A DNA stretch of 64,000 bases from a virus (IMGVR_UViG_3300045988_170943:96001-160000), one strand, 5' to 3'. Shown: positions 9,930 to 19,090, counted from the first letter of the stretch. Program-made: numbers and translations. The notes: generated from the sequence alone by a model not told the origin.

Positions 9930-11132
9930 TCATTGTCTATGATACTGGTCACTTATTTCCAGTCGCCCAATGAAGTCGCTGTATGGCACTGGTCTTGGTG
10001 CGTCACCGTCGTTGTTGAACACAACCGGTTCTGTCTCGATAGTGCCGTCGGCGTGCATGCTTGCCAGGTTCTCTGCGCTGCGTGACCTGAACCGTGTCGT
10101 GTCCTCTGGTGTGTTGCTCTGGTTGACTGATGCAGGGAGAATACGGCCACCGTTCCCCTCCCCAGATACCGTGTACTTGTCCATGCCTCTCCTGTACCTG
10201 GAGGTGGCTCTTTTAGTGGATGTTTCTGGTGTGATGTCAACGAACACTGCCCTCAGGCTGTAGCCGCCCTTCTTGAGCCTACCAACCCTGGAGTCCATGG
10301 AGGAGCGTTTCGACATTGTGCCGTCCAGGATGATGTTTTTCTTCTCCCTGATAGCCCGGTCCATGATGATGCTTGAGATATGTGAGGCTTCATCGTGGGC
10401 AAGTGTGGAGCACTCCATAGGGGTGAGCCCACGCAAGGTCGGGATCATGCCCCTCTCGGCCATGATCTCTTTGATGTCGTCAGGGTTGACAGTGATGTAC
10501 TTATCGGTGTCGATGTTGAGGTACCTGGTCAGGACAGTGGTCTTGCCCGCACCACCCATACCACCTGATATGATCGCTCTCCCTTCACAGGGCGTGTCTT
10601 CGTGCTGCTTGAATACGTCATCTATGATCTGCTGCTGTAGTTTGCGGCGTTCTGGCGTGTAGACGGGCCCAGCGGATATCTTCGTGGAGTACGTGTCACT
10701 GGTCTTCAGTCCGTCACGTATCGCCTGAGAGAGGGCTCTTTCTGCGTACTGATGCCTCAGGGACATATCTAGCCCAGAGATGGCCTGGTGGCTGTCGCAT
10801 GCTTCCTGGAGTACTCGCTCGCACTCACGTCCTTGTTCCACCAAGGACATGCTCTCCCACTGCTTCCCTCGCTCTGGGCTGTTGTCTCCGGCCCCAACAG
10901 GTTTCTGTGTCGCTTTCCTCCCCTTGGAGGAGGCTGAAGCGAAGAGATCCTTACCCATGTACTCTGCCTTGATGGTGTCGATCTTCTGTTGCGCCTCCTG
11001 TGGGGTGGATGCGTACACATGGGGCTCACCATCTTTGGTCCTTGGGCACTGACGGAATTCAGCATTACACTCAACGGCTACCCCATCACTACTGCGAGCA
11101 TGCCATTTCTTCTTATTTCTGTGTCCAGTCAC
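9930..11132 (-). CDS. zeta-toxin-like P-loop kinase with an N-terminal extension of about 170 aa
   Basis: Walker A GGMGGAGKTTV, then a DGTMSKRS segment resembling the zeta/PezT kinase core. About 170 aa of unique N-terminal sequence. Confidence 0.55.
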   Translation of the reverse strand: MTGHRNKKKWHARSSDGVAVECNAEFRQCPRTKDGEPHVYASTPQEAQQKIDTIKAEYMGKDLFASASSKGRKATQKPVGAGDNSPERGKQWESMSLVEQGRECERVLQEACDSHQAISGLDMSLRHQYAERALSQAIRDGLKTSDTYSTKISAGPVYTPERRKLQQQIIDDVFKQHEDTPCEGRAIISGGMGGAGKTTVLTRYLNIDTDKYITVNPDDIKEIMAERGMIPTLRGLTPMECSTLAHDEASHISSIIMDRAIREKKNIILDGTMSKRSSMDSRVGRLKKGGYSLRAVFVDITPETSTKRATSRYRRGMDKYTVSGEGNGGRILPASVNQSNTPEDTTRFRSRSAENLASMHADGTIETEPVVFNNDGDAPRPVPYSDFIGRLEISDQYHRQ

Positions 11133-11484
11133 AGGTCCTCTCCTGCCCTCGCATCTAGGTTCAAGGCGGTTCTCATGGGTAGTATCTATACGACGTTTGT
11201 TGAAGAGTTAGCAGAGATGCGGCCCTTACCTTCTGATGGATTCCTGGCTGCGGCCTGATGTAATCATAGGCGCTCACACCCGGTTGCCCTGGGATGCGGA
11301 GGGGTGGGAAGTGTTTTGTGACTAGTAACACATCTAGAATGGCTTGGATCGTACTACATGCGCAGACTATGCTGGATAACAGCAACAGCAGGAAAGACAG
11401 GCGGGCAGTAATGAACCTAACTATCGCCACAGTGGCGATCCGGCCAGTTAGCAGCCCGAACACAATGGAGATGGAGAAAGTAGC

Positions 11485-12183
11485 ATGACACTGCGTGGAG
11501 ACATGTTTGTCTACGCCGACAGGTGTAGTACGAACATTCACTCGCCACAGTTCTATGGAACTCTTAGTGGCTTCATTGCCTCAGGGAAAGACCAGTACTT
11601 CAAGATCATAGATGAGTACAAGGCGAACTTTCCTGTACGTCACTATTTCATGAAGACGTTCAGGAAGAGTTACGATCTTGAACGTATGATTCGTGACCTG
11701 AGTGGTGTCATGAGCGAGGATGTGTTCTTCTCTTACCTGGGTCCTGTGCGCCCTATCTTCCCTGAAGCCACTAGGGATGAGATGGAGAAGTTGGCGGCAG
11801 TCATGTTCACGACCACGAAGGACGCCCTAGCCGTCCTCCTAAAGGCCGTGGTTGAAGGCGGCGACAAGTACGGGTCCCTGGCTGACGATGTTATGGTTGT
11901 TCGTGACGATACCCAGTACCATAAGATCACACGCACGGGCCGCATCTTCATTGACGCCCGAGCCTCTGGTAGGGCTGAGTTGAAAGCGTACTGGACAACA
12001 GGTGTAGACGAATCGACCATTGTCACTTATAATGACCAGTATGGCGAGGCTGGTTGGGTCACCTGGTATGAACGAGTAATGGGCGACCTGAACCTGAAGA
12101 GTGAACGACCATGGGAGCGGGTCGTTGATGACTGGATTGACAGGAAGGCCGAGGACGCTCGTGCAACAGAAGAGCCAAACTGA
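11485..12183 (+). CDS. hypothetical protein
   Basis: 232-aa ORF. No motif recognised. Confidence 0.5.
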   Translation: MTLRGDMFVYADRCSTNIHSPQFYGTLSGFIASGKDQYFKIIDEYKANFPVRHYFMKTFRKSYDLERMIRDLSGVMSEDVFFSYLGPVRPIFPEATRDEMEKLAAVMFTTTKDALAVLLKAVVEGGDKYGSLADDVMVVRDDTQYHKITRTGRIFIDARASGRAELKAYWTTGVDESTIVTYNDQYGEAGWVTWYERVMGDLNLKSERPWERVVDDWIDRKAEDARATEEPN

Positions 12184-12606
12184 TTCGCATCCGTAGCACG
12201 AAATATGGGGCCGCTACACCCTAAGCCCTTCTCCCCTACTACACGTATGTGACTCGATCAGCACAGGTGACTCAGCATATGTCATGAGGCAAGAGCGTGA
12301 GGCCCTTCGGCGATCTAGGTGACGCGATCACCACTACCGCACCCCGCCTGCCGTCATCCCTGTTGTCGAATCTGGGACACCTCGGCCCGCGCACCCGCCC
12401 TCCTGCCGTAAAGCGCACTCGCCTGGCGACTACCACTACAACAGTACACGCCCGCCTTTATCCAGAGGATTTGTCTCTGCCGCAAGCCCCTCTGGTGTGA
12501 CCTGTTTCACCTATGCTGGGGTTGCTACCTTCCCTCCTGTGGTGCTAGAGTGAAGTCATCACGCCGAGGGTAGAAGGGTCTGAGGCGCAAAGCGAAAGGA
12601 AGACAA

Positions 12607-12972
12607 ATGGACACTGAGGCTAAGGTTCGCTCGATCACGAAGGCCATCGAGTCTGCTCTTGTGGGCCAGACGATTGACACATTTTCTGTTGGAGAGCAGG
12701 TCGTGGAGGATGGTAGTGTCCACTCCTCTGGTGTTATCTCCTTTGGCGAGGATGCTCATATCATCCAGGTTTCTGGGGCTCGTCTTGATGTCAAGGCCAC
12801 CCCTCTGGCTGGGGCTACCGTGACCAAGGTGGATTACGTTACGATGCCCATGGACGGGTACCTGGGCTGGAGCATCAAGGGCTACCAGGGGGATGGTCGA
12901 GCCACCGATATGGTGTTCGAGATTTGGAACGCTGGTGGCGAGGATGTTCAGTATGCTGTGTCGATGATCTGA
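12607..12972 (+). CDS. hypothetical protein
   Basis: 121 aa. Followed immediately by a terminator hairpin. Confidence 0.5.
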   Translation: MDTEAKVRSITKAIESALVGQTIDTFSVGEQVVEDGSVHSSGVISFGEDAHIIQVSGARLDVKATPLAGATVTKVDYVTMPMDGYLGWSIKGYQGDGRATDMVFEIWNAGGEDVQYAVSMI

Positions 12973-12987
12973 CTCCTCCTCTTGAGA

Positions 12988-13030
12988 GTGTAGACTCCTG
13001 GAATGCACCAGGGGTCTACACTTCTTTGTT
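12988..13030 (+). terminator. rho-independent terminator
   Basis: 14-bp stem gtgtagactcctgg / ccaggggtctacac (one G-U pair) with a 6-nt loop, followed by ttctttgtt. Confidence 0.65.
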
Positions 13031-13085
13031 GGGGGTTTCGCGGCCTCTTTTTGTGTGGTAGAATAGGACAATAGTAAAGGTCAAA

Positions 13086-14090
13086 GTGACTTTTACTGTG
13101 GGTCACCTTACCGTCCAAGAACACCAAGGAAGAAGCAGCGTGAAGTACTCCATACTCAGTGTAGTTACGGGAACCAGCAAGTGCACTGTCCCCTTCAAGC
13201 CATCTGACGCCACTAAGCACATCCCGCAAGGGTGTCAGTTCTGTGTCTCTGGGCAGTACGCGAACGACAGTAACCGTGTAGCACCAGAAGTGAACTGGAG
13301 GAACCTGAGGAAAGCGATCCAGTTGGCTCGCAATGGTGGGGTTGACACTGTGGTTCTTACTGGTAGGGGTGAGCCAACCTACTTCCCTGACCAGATCACT
13401 GACTACCTGAAGGTGCTTGGTCCTGAGTTTCCGCTCATCGAGTTGCAGACCAACGGGGTTCTGCTGGCCGGGGCGAGAAATGAAGACTACCTGAAGGAGT
13501 GGTACGACCTGGGTCTTACTACCATCCTCATCAGCGTAGTCAGTAACGACCCGGAAATCCTCAGGCAGAACTATATGCCGCTTTCCAGGTCATACTACGA
13601 CCTGCCAGCGCTCATCGCTAAACTCAGGGGTATCGGGTACACGGTTAGGCTGGCTTGTGTCTGCACCAAGGCGTGGATGTCCACCAGAGAGCAGGTGGCT
13701 GACTTCCTGAAGTTCGCCAAGGACAACAAGGTCGGCCAGGTCACCTTACGTCCACTGAACGACGAGTACCGGAGGGAGACCGCCCACACCTGGATCCAGA
13801 AGCACAAGATGACTGACAAGGACAAGGATAGTATCAGGGACTACCTGGATGAGGTGGGTCATAAGTTGCGGGACCTTCCAGCAATCGGGTCCATGTACGA
13901 TGTTGACGGGGTGGGTGTCCTCATGTCTCTGCCATTGACGAAGTACACGCACCATAACACTGAGGACACGGCCAGGAATCTCATCTTCTTCCCCGACGGA
14001 ACAACACGGTACGACTGGGAGTGGGAAGGGTCGGTACTTCTCCAGGGGGACAATCGTCCACTCACCTTGCAGGACGGATCCTACTGGTGA
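13086..14090 (+). CDS. radical SAM-like enzyme with a non-canonical C-x16-C-x2-C cluster motif
   Basis: N-terminal Cys spacing SKC-x16-C-QF-C instead of CxxxCxxC. Also has VLTGRGEPTYF (GGEP-like) and LQTNG motifs. The true start may be a GTG near 13138, preceded by aaggaag. Confidence 0.5.
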   Translation: MTFTVGHLTVQEHQGRSSVKYSILSVVTGTSKCTVPFKPSDATKHIPQGCQFCVSGQYANDSNRVAPEVNWRNLRKAIQLARNGGVDTVVLTGRGEPTYFPDQITDYLKVLGPEFPLIELQTNGVLLAGARNEDYLKEWYDLGLTTILISVVSNDPEILRQNYMPLSRSYYDLPALIAKLRGIGYTVRLACVCTKAWMSTREQVADFLKFAKDNKVGQVTLRPLNDEYRRETAHTWIQKHKMTDKDKDSIRDYLDEVGHKLRDLPAIGSMYDVDGVGVLMSLPLTKYTHHNTEDTARNLIFFPDGTTRYDWEWEGSVLLQGDNRPLTLQDGSYW

Positions 14091-14197
14091 GGTAATGGGC
14101 GGCACATTCTGAGAGGTGTCCACGGAACGATAGGATTCGGCCGCCTTGCACTGAGCATAAAGAAGAACGACAAGAATACATTGTGAAGGAATAGAGC

Positions 14198-15172
14198 ATG
14201 AGAATTGACTTGAAAGATGTGCTAGACCTGGATGAAGACAGCAGGGCCAAACTAGAGGAGTACAGGAGGAAGCGTGCGTTCGCCCCTGCCGCCTATGTTG
14301 AGGCTAAGACGGCAGCACTTGGCGACTATTGCAAGAACAATGACATTGACTCGCTTACCGTCCTGATCTCTGGTGGTATTGACAGTGCTGTCGTGGCTGG
14401 GATCGCCAAGGAAGTCTCCAACAGGTACGGTACTGGGGTTCACATGGTCACCATCCCTGCAACCAACAGCCGGGGGGTGACCAGGCAGGATGAGACCGTG
14501 GTACTGGCTCAAGAACTGGCTGACAACCTTGGTGAGACCCTTGATGTTCTTCCCTTTGATGGGGTTGTTGATGAGGCTGTTAGCCTGTGTGACCTGGAGG
14601 ATAGCCAGTGGGGGACGGGTCAGGCCGTCTCCTACCTGAGGACAGCGGTGGCTTACACCTATGTGACCAAGTGCTGGAGCGTGGGCGACAAGACCCTCTT
14701 GGTGGGGACAACCAACATGGATGAGGGGGCATACATTGGTTTCTTCGGCAAGGCCAGCGACGGCATGGTTGACATCCAGCCCATCAGCGACCTGCACAAG
14801 AGCGAAGTGTACCAGGTCGCCAACTACCTAGAGATCCCCGCATCTATCATCCAGGCTACACCTCAGGGGGACATGTACCATGGTGGTAAGGATGAGCAGA
14901 TTTTCGGGTGCACCTATGACTGTGTTGAGTTGTTCTACGCGACCCATATTGGCAGGTACGTGGATTCTCCTGTGAGTGAGCAGTGGAAACGAGTTGTGGA
15001 CAACATTGAGGATCTTCACCAGTACAACACACACAAGTACCTTGGTGGTTCACCTGCCGTCCACATGGACGTGATGCCATATGCGGGCACTTTTGGGTCG
15101 TGGTCCTACCAGAACATTGTAGAGTCTAGGAACATTCTTTCGTCTCACCTGACAAGCAAACAGGCACTATGA
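14198..15172 (+). CDS. nadE: NH3-dependent NAD+ synthetase
   Basis: PP-loop motif LISGGIDS. Also VGTTNMDEGAYIGFFGKASDGMVDIQPISDLHKSEVY and ATPQGD...GCTYDCVELF, which match the conserved NadE motifs GTDHAAE..GFFTKYGDGG.DI.P and KAPTADL...GVTYD. Confidence 0.75.
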   Translation: MRIDLKDVLDLDEDSRAKLEEYRRKRAFAPAAYVEAKTAALGDYCKNNDIDSLTVLISGGIDSAVVAGIAKEVSNRYGTGVHMVTIPATNSRGVTRQDETVVLAQELADNLGETLDVLPFDGVVDEAVSLCDLEDSQWGTGQAVSYLRTAVAYTYVTKCWSVGDKTLLVGTTNMDEGAYIGFFGKASDGMVDIQPISDLHKSEVYQVANYLEIPASIIQATPQGDMYHGGKDEQIFGCTYDCVELFYATHIGRYVDSPVSEQWKRVVDNIEDLHQYNTHKYLGGSPAVHMDVMPYAGTFGSWSYQNIVESRNILSSHLTSKQAL

Positions 15173-16569
15173 CAACGGGAGAGAAGGACTCACTGGGAGT
15201 ACCTGTTGCTCTGAGTGACCCAATGTTTCAGGCGTTCGCGGATACTCACCCGAGCAAGGATCTGGTTCGTTATGGGTACTACGATGACGGTGTGACCTCA
15301 CCGGACTGGGGACCTGCTACTACCCCCATCCCTGTGGGTGCTGTGTGGGCTTGTGGGGTCTCTGAGCGGCCTGCTGTGCTGGTGATGACTGGTGCCATGG
15401 ATCCGATGCACGACGGCCACGCTGAGGCCCTGGAGATAGCCAGGAGAAGGTTGGAGGGGCTGGGGGTCCAGATTGTTCACACTCACGTCATACCAGATAG
15501 TCATGTGTACGCGAGAATGAAGCGGCCTATGGGGGCTGGGAGCGATGAGGAGCGGGCCGCCAGTGTCAGGTCTTTGGGTTACGTGTGCGATGAGGACTGC
15601 ATGAGGTACCCTGGGAGACCGAACTACACGAGCATCCTCCTGCATGTCCAGCACAAGTGGCAGCAGCACGGTGTGCACCCAGTCGTATTCAACGTGGTTG
15701 GTTCAGACAACGCCCTGTTCGCTGAAGTGGCAGCAGCATACGATCCGGCCGGTTTCGGTACCGTTGTTGTGGAGACAGGCCACCAAGAAAAACCCCCCGT
15801 ACAGGAGGACGCTGGCCGGAACATCCTAGTATGCGACAGAGAAGGGCGAAAGTATGCGTCCTTGTCGTCAACCACTGTGAGAAGCGGTAACCACAGTAGT
15901 GATTTGCCTGTCATGTATATTAAAGACGACCTCGACTACTACACCACCAACAGGAAGTGCCATGACGAACTCATTAACGCACTAGAGGGCATGTTCACCT
16001 CATACGGGTACCAGGTGAAGGTCGGCCACTACCGGACACAAGTCAAAAAACTGGTCAAACAGACAGCATCCAAGCACTCCCAGGAAATAGAGAATGGTGC
16101 GATCACAGTATCCTTAGATCGACACATCCCAGCACAGGTCAGGTTCCCCATACACCGACTATTCCAGTCAGACACCCTACAGAAAATGGGGTACCTCCCA
16201 GACAGGCACCTTCAAGTACATCCAGGACAGAAGTTCATCCTGCTGGACGACGACATGGACACTGGCAACGGGATGAGATTCGTGAAACACATCATCAACA
16301 CCCAAGGTGGAGAAACCATCGGTGTTGAAACCATCTACCAGGACCCAGGGCGCGAGTTCGACGTTCTGGACGCTAGCGACGTCACCACTATTGACGGCAC
16401 AGGGCTCGTAGTCCAGTCATCTGACCTCACCATGAGCAGGATCCCCTACCTGCACACGTTCCTTGACCTGCAACGATTCTCCAGCGTGCCAGACCGTCAG
16501 AAAGAAGCGTTCACTCACCAGGTCACAAGCATTCTGAAGAGGCACAAGATCGGCACATATGAGAGGTAG
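15169..16569 (+). CDS. fusion protein: N-terminal NMNAT-like nucleotidyltransferase (HxGH) plus C-terminal type I phosphoribosyltransferase
   Basis: GAMDPMHDGH matches the G-x-x-DP-x-H-x-GH nucleotidyltransferase motif. KFILLDDDMDTGNGM matches the type I PRTase PRPP loop. The ATG overlaps the nadE stop (ATGA). Confidence 0.55.
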   Translation: MTTGEKDSLGVPVALSDPMFQAFADTHPSKDLVRYGYYDDGVTSPDWGPATTPIPVGAVWACGVSERPAVLVMTGAMDPMHDGHAEALEIARRRLEGLGVQIVHTHVIPDSHVYARMKRPMGAGSDEERAASVRSLGYVCDEDCMRYPGRPNYTSILLHVQHKWQQHGVHPVVFNVVGSDNALFAEVAAAYDPAGFGTVVVETGHQEKPPVQEDAGRNILVCDREGRKYASLSSTTVRSGNHSSDLPVMYIKDDLDYYTTNRKCHDELINALEGMFTSYGYQVKVGHYRTQVKKLVKQTASKHSQEIENGAITVSLDRHIPAQVRFPIHRLFQSDTLQKMGYLPDRHLQVHPGQKFILLDDDMDTGNGMRFVKHIINTQGGETIGVETIYQDPGREFDVLDASDVTTIDGTGLVVQSSDLTMSRIPYLHTFLDLQRFSSVPDRQKEAFTHQVTSILKRHKIGTYER

Positions 16570-16640
16570 AGGAGACAGAGAAACTGGGTGGTGGGCCCAT
16601 CATTTCAGATTGAGTCCACCACCCAGTTCATATCATCTAG

Positions 16641-16982
16641 TCACCACCCGTAGTCGATATGACCAGCGTCCTCCCGCGACACGCCGAACCGGGCCGTGAG
16701 ACGGTCCTCGGTGTTCTGGTAGATCGCCTCCTCGCTCGGATCCCCGTCATCTGGAGTGAAGGACGCGCTGTCCAGCCCCACCAGGTTCGGGTAGATGTCG
16801 CTCAGGGCGGCCACCTCTCCATCCTCGTCCTCCACCATGATGGTGCACTCCCACGTCGCTCCCTCTCCACAGTTTCCGTCCTGAGGGGTGTCGGTGAATG
16901 CGGGGCCTGACCACTTCAGGTAGAACGGCACCTCCTTCAACGAGAAGTTGCCTGTCATGGTCTGGAAGATGCTTGACATCAT
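16641..16982 (-). CDS. hypothetical acidic protein
   Basis: 113-aa ORF convergent with the NAD module. Confidence 0.45.
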   Translation of the reverse strand: MMSSIFQTMTGNFSLKEVPFYLKWSGPAFTDTPQDGNCGEGATWECTIMVEDEDGEVAALSDIYPNLVGLDSASFTPDDGDPSEEAIYQNTEDRLTARFGVSREDAGHIDYGW

Positions 16983-17162
16983 TACTCTTTCTGCTAGCAG
17001 GTGGGGAACATCCTCATTCCCTCAACTTGACAACTCAACCATACGACCTGCCACCTTGCGGAGTCAAATCCAAGTAGTGTGAACTGCCTCATTGCATCAG
17101 GGGAGCGTCCGCTTACCTGAGGTATTGAAGGTGAAGCGTGTTCTTGTTATCGCCCGCAATTT

Positions 17163-18332
17163 TCACCTGTCCTTTTTGAGGATATACAGGTTAGGCCATT
17201 CACCTTCCCTGTTCTCACACTGAACATATGAGTGGTTTTGCAGGTCAATGGTCTTATCAGGAAGAGTAAGTTGTTGTGCGGAGAACTTTTTCACACGAAC
17301 ATAGAACTCATCTACCCTCACTACATCCTCACCCGAAAAGAGACATGTTAGGTGACTCGCAGCAGGATGGTGGTACATTGATTTTCTGAAAGGTCTTTGA
17401 GTATAGAGAGGAACACCTTCCATGATGGACGAGTTTGTGGAGATGAAATTGTCTCCATCTTCCTCAGATTTCACGTTATGCAGCGGAAAGTGACCAACCC
17501 ATCTACCATCTTCACCTTTTCTGAATCCTGCAAACATCAGATCCATCTCAATGCTTGCGTGTTCCACATCAGGGGCCAAGGTGCCGCCATGCGCGACGAA
17601 CCTGCCCGGACTGACGTCACGCCCCTTCACGCGAACAACCACAGACGAGGTGAGCATGTCAGCAGGCTCACCAGTCGGCATGTATGTGATGTCTGTTCTG
17701 TCCTTCGCAACCTCCACCTTAGCCCCGTCTGACACCTCCTTGATAGCCACATCACCTTTGACGGACCCAACGACAGCATTATTGCCTACCATGCGAGTAA
17801 CACGGGAGTTTCCTGACATGAAGTCCACATGGCATCTTAGTTCATTGATGGAAGAGTCCCCAACAACCTCCACGATAGTACTATGCTCGTCCGTGAGGCA
17901 TATCTCCCCGCCGTTAATCTTCAAAACCTCTGTGCCACAAAGGATAAGAGCACATGAGTCCACCATCTCAATGATACAACTATTGGAGATTTCCCCAACT
18001 TCAACCCCGTCAAAAAGGCTCACCATCGAGTCGGTGATTTTGTGGACCCTTACTCTCCCCTCTGCCCCAAGGTATCGACAGTTCTCTACAGAGAAGAACT
18101 CAATAGGCGTCGCTTTACTTTCAGAGAAAATGTTGGCGTGATCCATGTTAGTGAGAGTGTCAACACTCGCCTTAATGATCACCTTAGCGTTTGAGCCCGA
18201 TTCTCGTCTTGCAGCCCCGTCAAGCGTCCCAATGATGCTACTGGTGACGACAACCTTCTCTAAGTCAAGGGCATCCCAGTTGATGGCTTCCCACTCTTGA
18301 ACGCTTGCAACATTCACTGTCGAGGCGGACAT
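17163..18332 (-). CDS. beta-helix repeat protein (paralog B of 970..1998)
   Basis: 389 aa with the same V-x-G-x-x-V periodicity as paralog A (VGNNAVVGSVKGDVAIKEVSDGAKVEVAKD). DEHSTIVEVVGDSS parallels CEHASIHSVHNS in paralog A. Confidence 0.5.
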   Translation of the reverse strand: MSASTVNVASVQEWEAINWDALDLEKVVVTSSIIGTLDGAARRESGSNAKVIIKASVDTLTNMDHANIFSESKATPIEFFSVENCRYLGAEGRVRVHKITDSMVSLFDGVEVGEISNSCIIEMVDSCALILCGTEVLKINGGEICLTDEHSTIVEVVGDSSINELRCHVDFMSGNSRVTRMVGNNAVVGSVKGDVAIKEVSDGAKVEVAKDRTDITYMPTGEPADMLTSSVVVRVKGRDVSPGRFVAHGGTLAPDVEHASIEMDLMFAGFRKGEDGRWVGHFPLHNVKSEEDGDNFISTNSSIMEGVPLYTQRPFRKSMYHHPAASHLTCLFSGEDVVRVDEFYVRVKKFSAQQLTLPDKTIDLQNHSYVQCENREGEWPNLYILKKDR

Positions 18333-18443
18333 GACGGTACCCCTTCTCTCACATGCAGTAACATCCCATACTTGTTGTTATCCTACCTCCAGAGAAAGGG
18401 GTACACCATCAAAACAAGTTGCACACCTAAACCCTAGATCTCT

Positions 18444-18601
18444 TACTCCGAGTCGTCACACGTCAGGTCGCCCTGGGTGAACTCGATGTGCTTCCCAAAC
18501 GGGGACGGCCTGGAGAACAGTCGCTCAAGCCGCCTCGTGTCCGCAAGCGGCTCATCCAGAATCCTTGTGATCTCATCAAACTGGTCACTGGTGACAATCA
18601 T
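18444..18601 (-). CDS. small ORF (52 aa) not in the supplied track
   Basis: Minus-strand sequence ggagaaggac-ATG-attgtcacc... encodes MIVTSDQFDEITRILDEPLADTRRLERLFSRPSPFGKHIEFTQGDLTCDDSE. Strong SD (ggagaagg). Confidence 0.4.
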
Positions 18602-18632
18602 GTCCTTCTCCTTCTAGAGGCTGGTTGTGGAT

Positions 18633-18923
18633 TCAATTACTGCGGACGCTAGATGTGTCCTGGTGGGCATCTATGCTGGCGGCCATCTGACTGATAAACT
18701 GCCCTTCAAGATAGGAGATGGCGACATTAAAGTCCCTCCGAGACAGCATGGCAGTGATCTCACAAGTGTCATCCGAGAGGATGTGACTACTAACGTGACA
18801 GTGGAACAGGTCATACATTCCTGCACGCGCCCACTCTGTGTAGGTGCTAATAGGGCGGCGAGACAGGTACTCCTGCTTCCATGTCACTGTGAAGACACTA
18901 GGGTACGTCTTAGGGGATGCCAT
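18633..18923 (-). CDS. hypothetical protein
   Basis: 96 aa. Protein-like. Confidence 0.4.
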   Translation of the reverse strand: MASPKTYPSVFTVTWKQEYLSRRPISTYTEWARAGMYDLFHCHVSSHILSDDTCEITAMLSRRDFNVAISYLEGQFISQMAASIDAHQDTSSVRSN

Positions 18924-19090
18924 GTTCCACTCTCTTTCCTTGAATCGCCTGACGACTGTATGTACTCAGTGTAGTGCGTGATGGGACCGGCCTGCAACCT
19001 GATACCTTGTGATGTTGTTCACTTGGTGGTGGCTTGCGCCCGCTAGTGTGCCCTGCTAGTATTGTCATTGAACACGGAAGCCACTGAGCA

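Noticed and set aside
14198-15172. Considered calling this QueC (7-cyano-7-deazaguanine synthase) because of the SGGxDS PP-loop and the adjacent QueE-like radical SAM.
   Set aside because: The length (324 aa) and the two downstream conserved blocks (GT..E...GFF.K..DG..DI.P and the TYD segment) match NadE. No QueC-type C-terminal zinc-cysteine cluster, and no FolE or QueD genes present.
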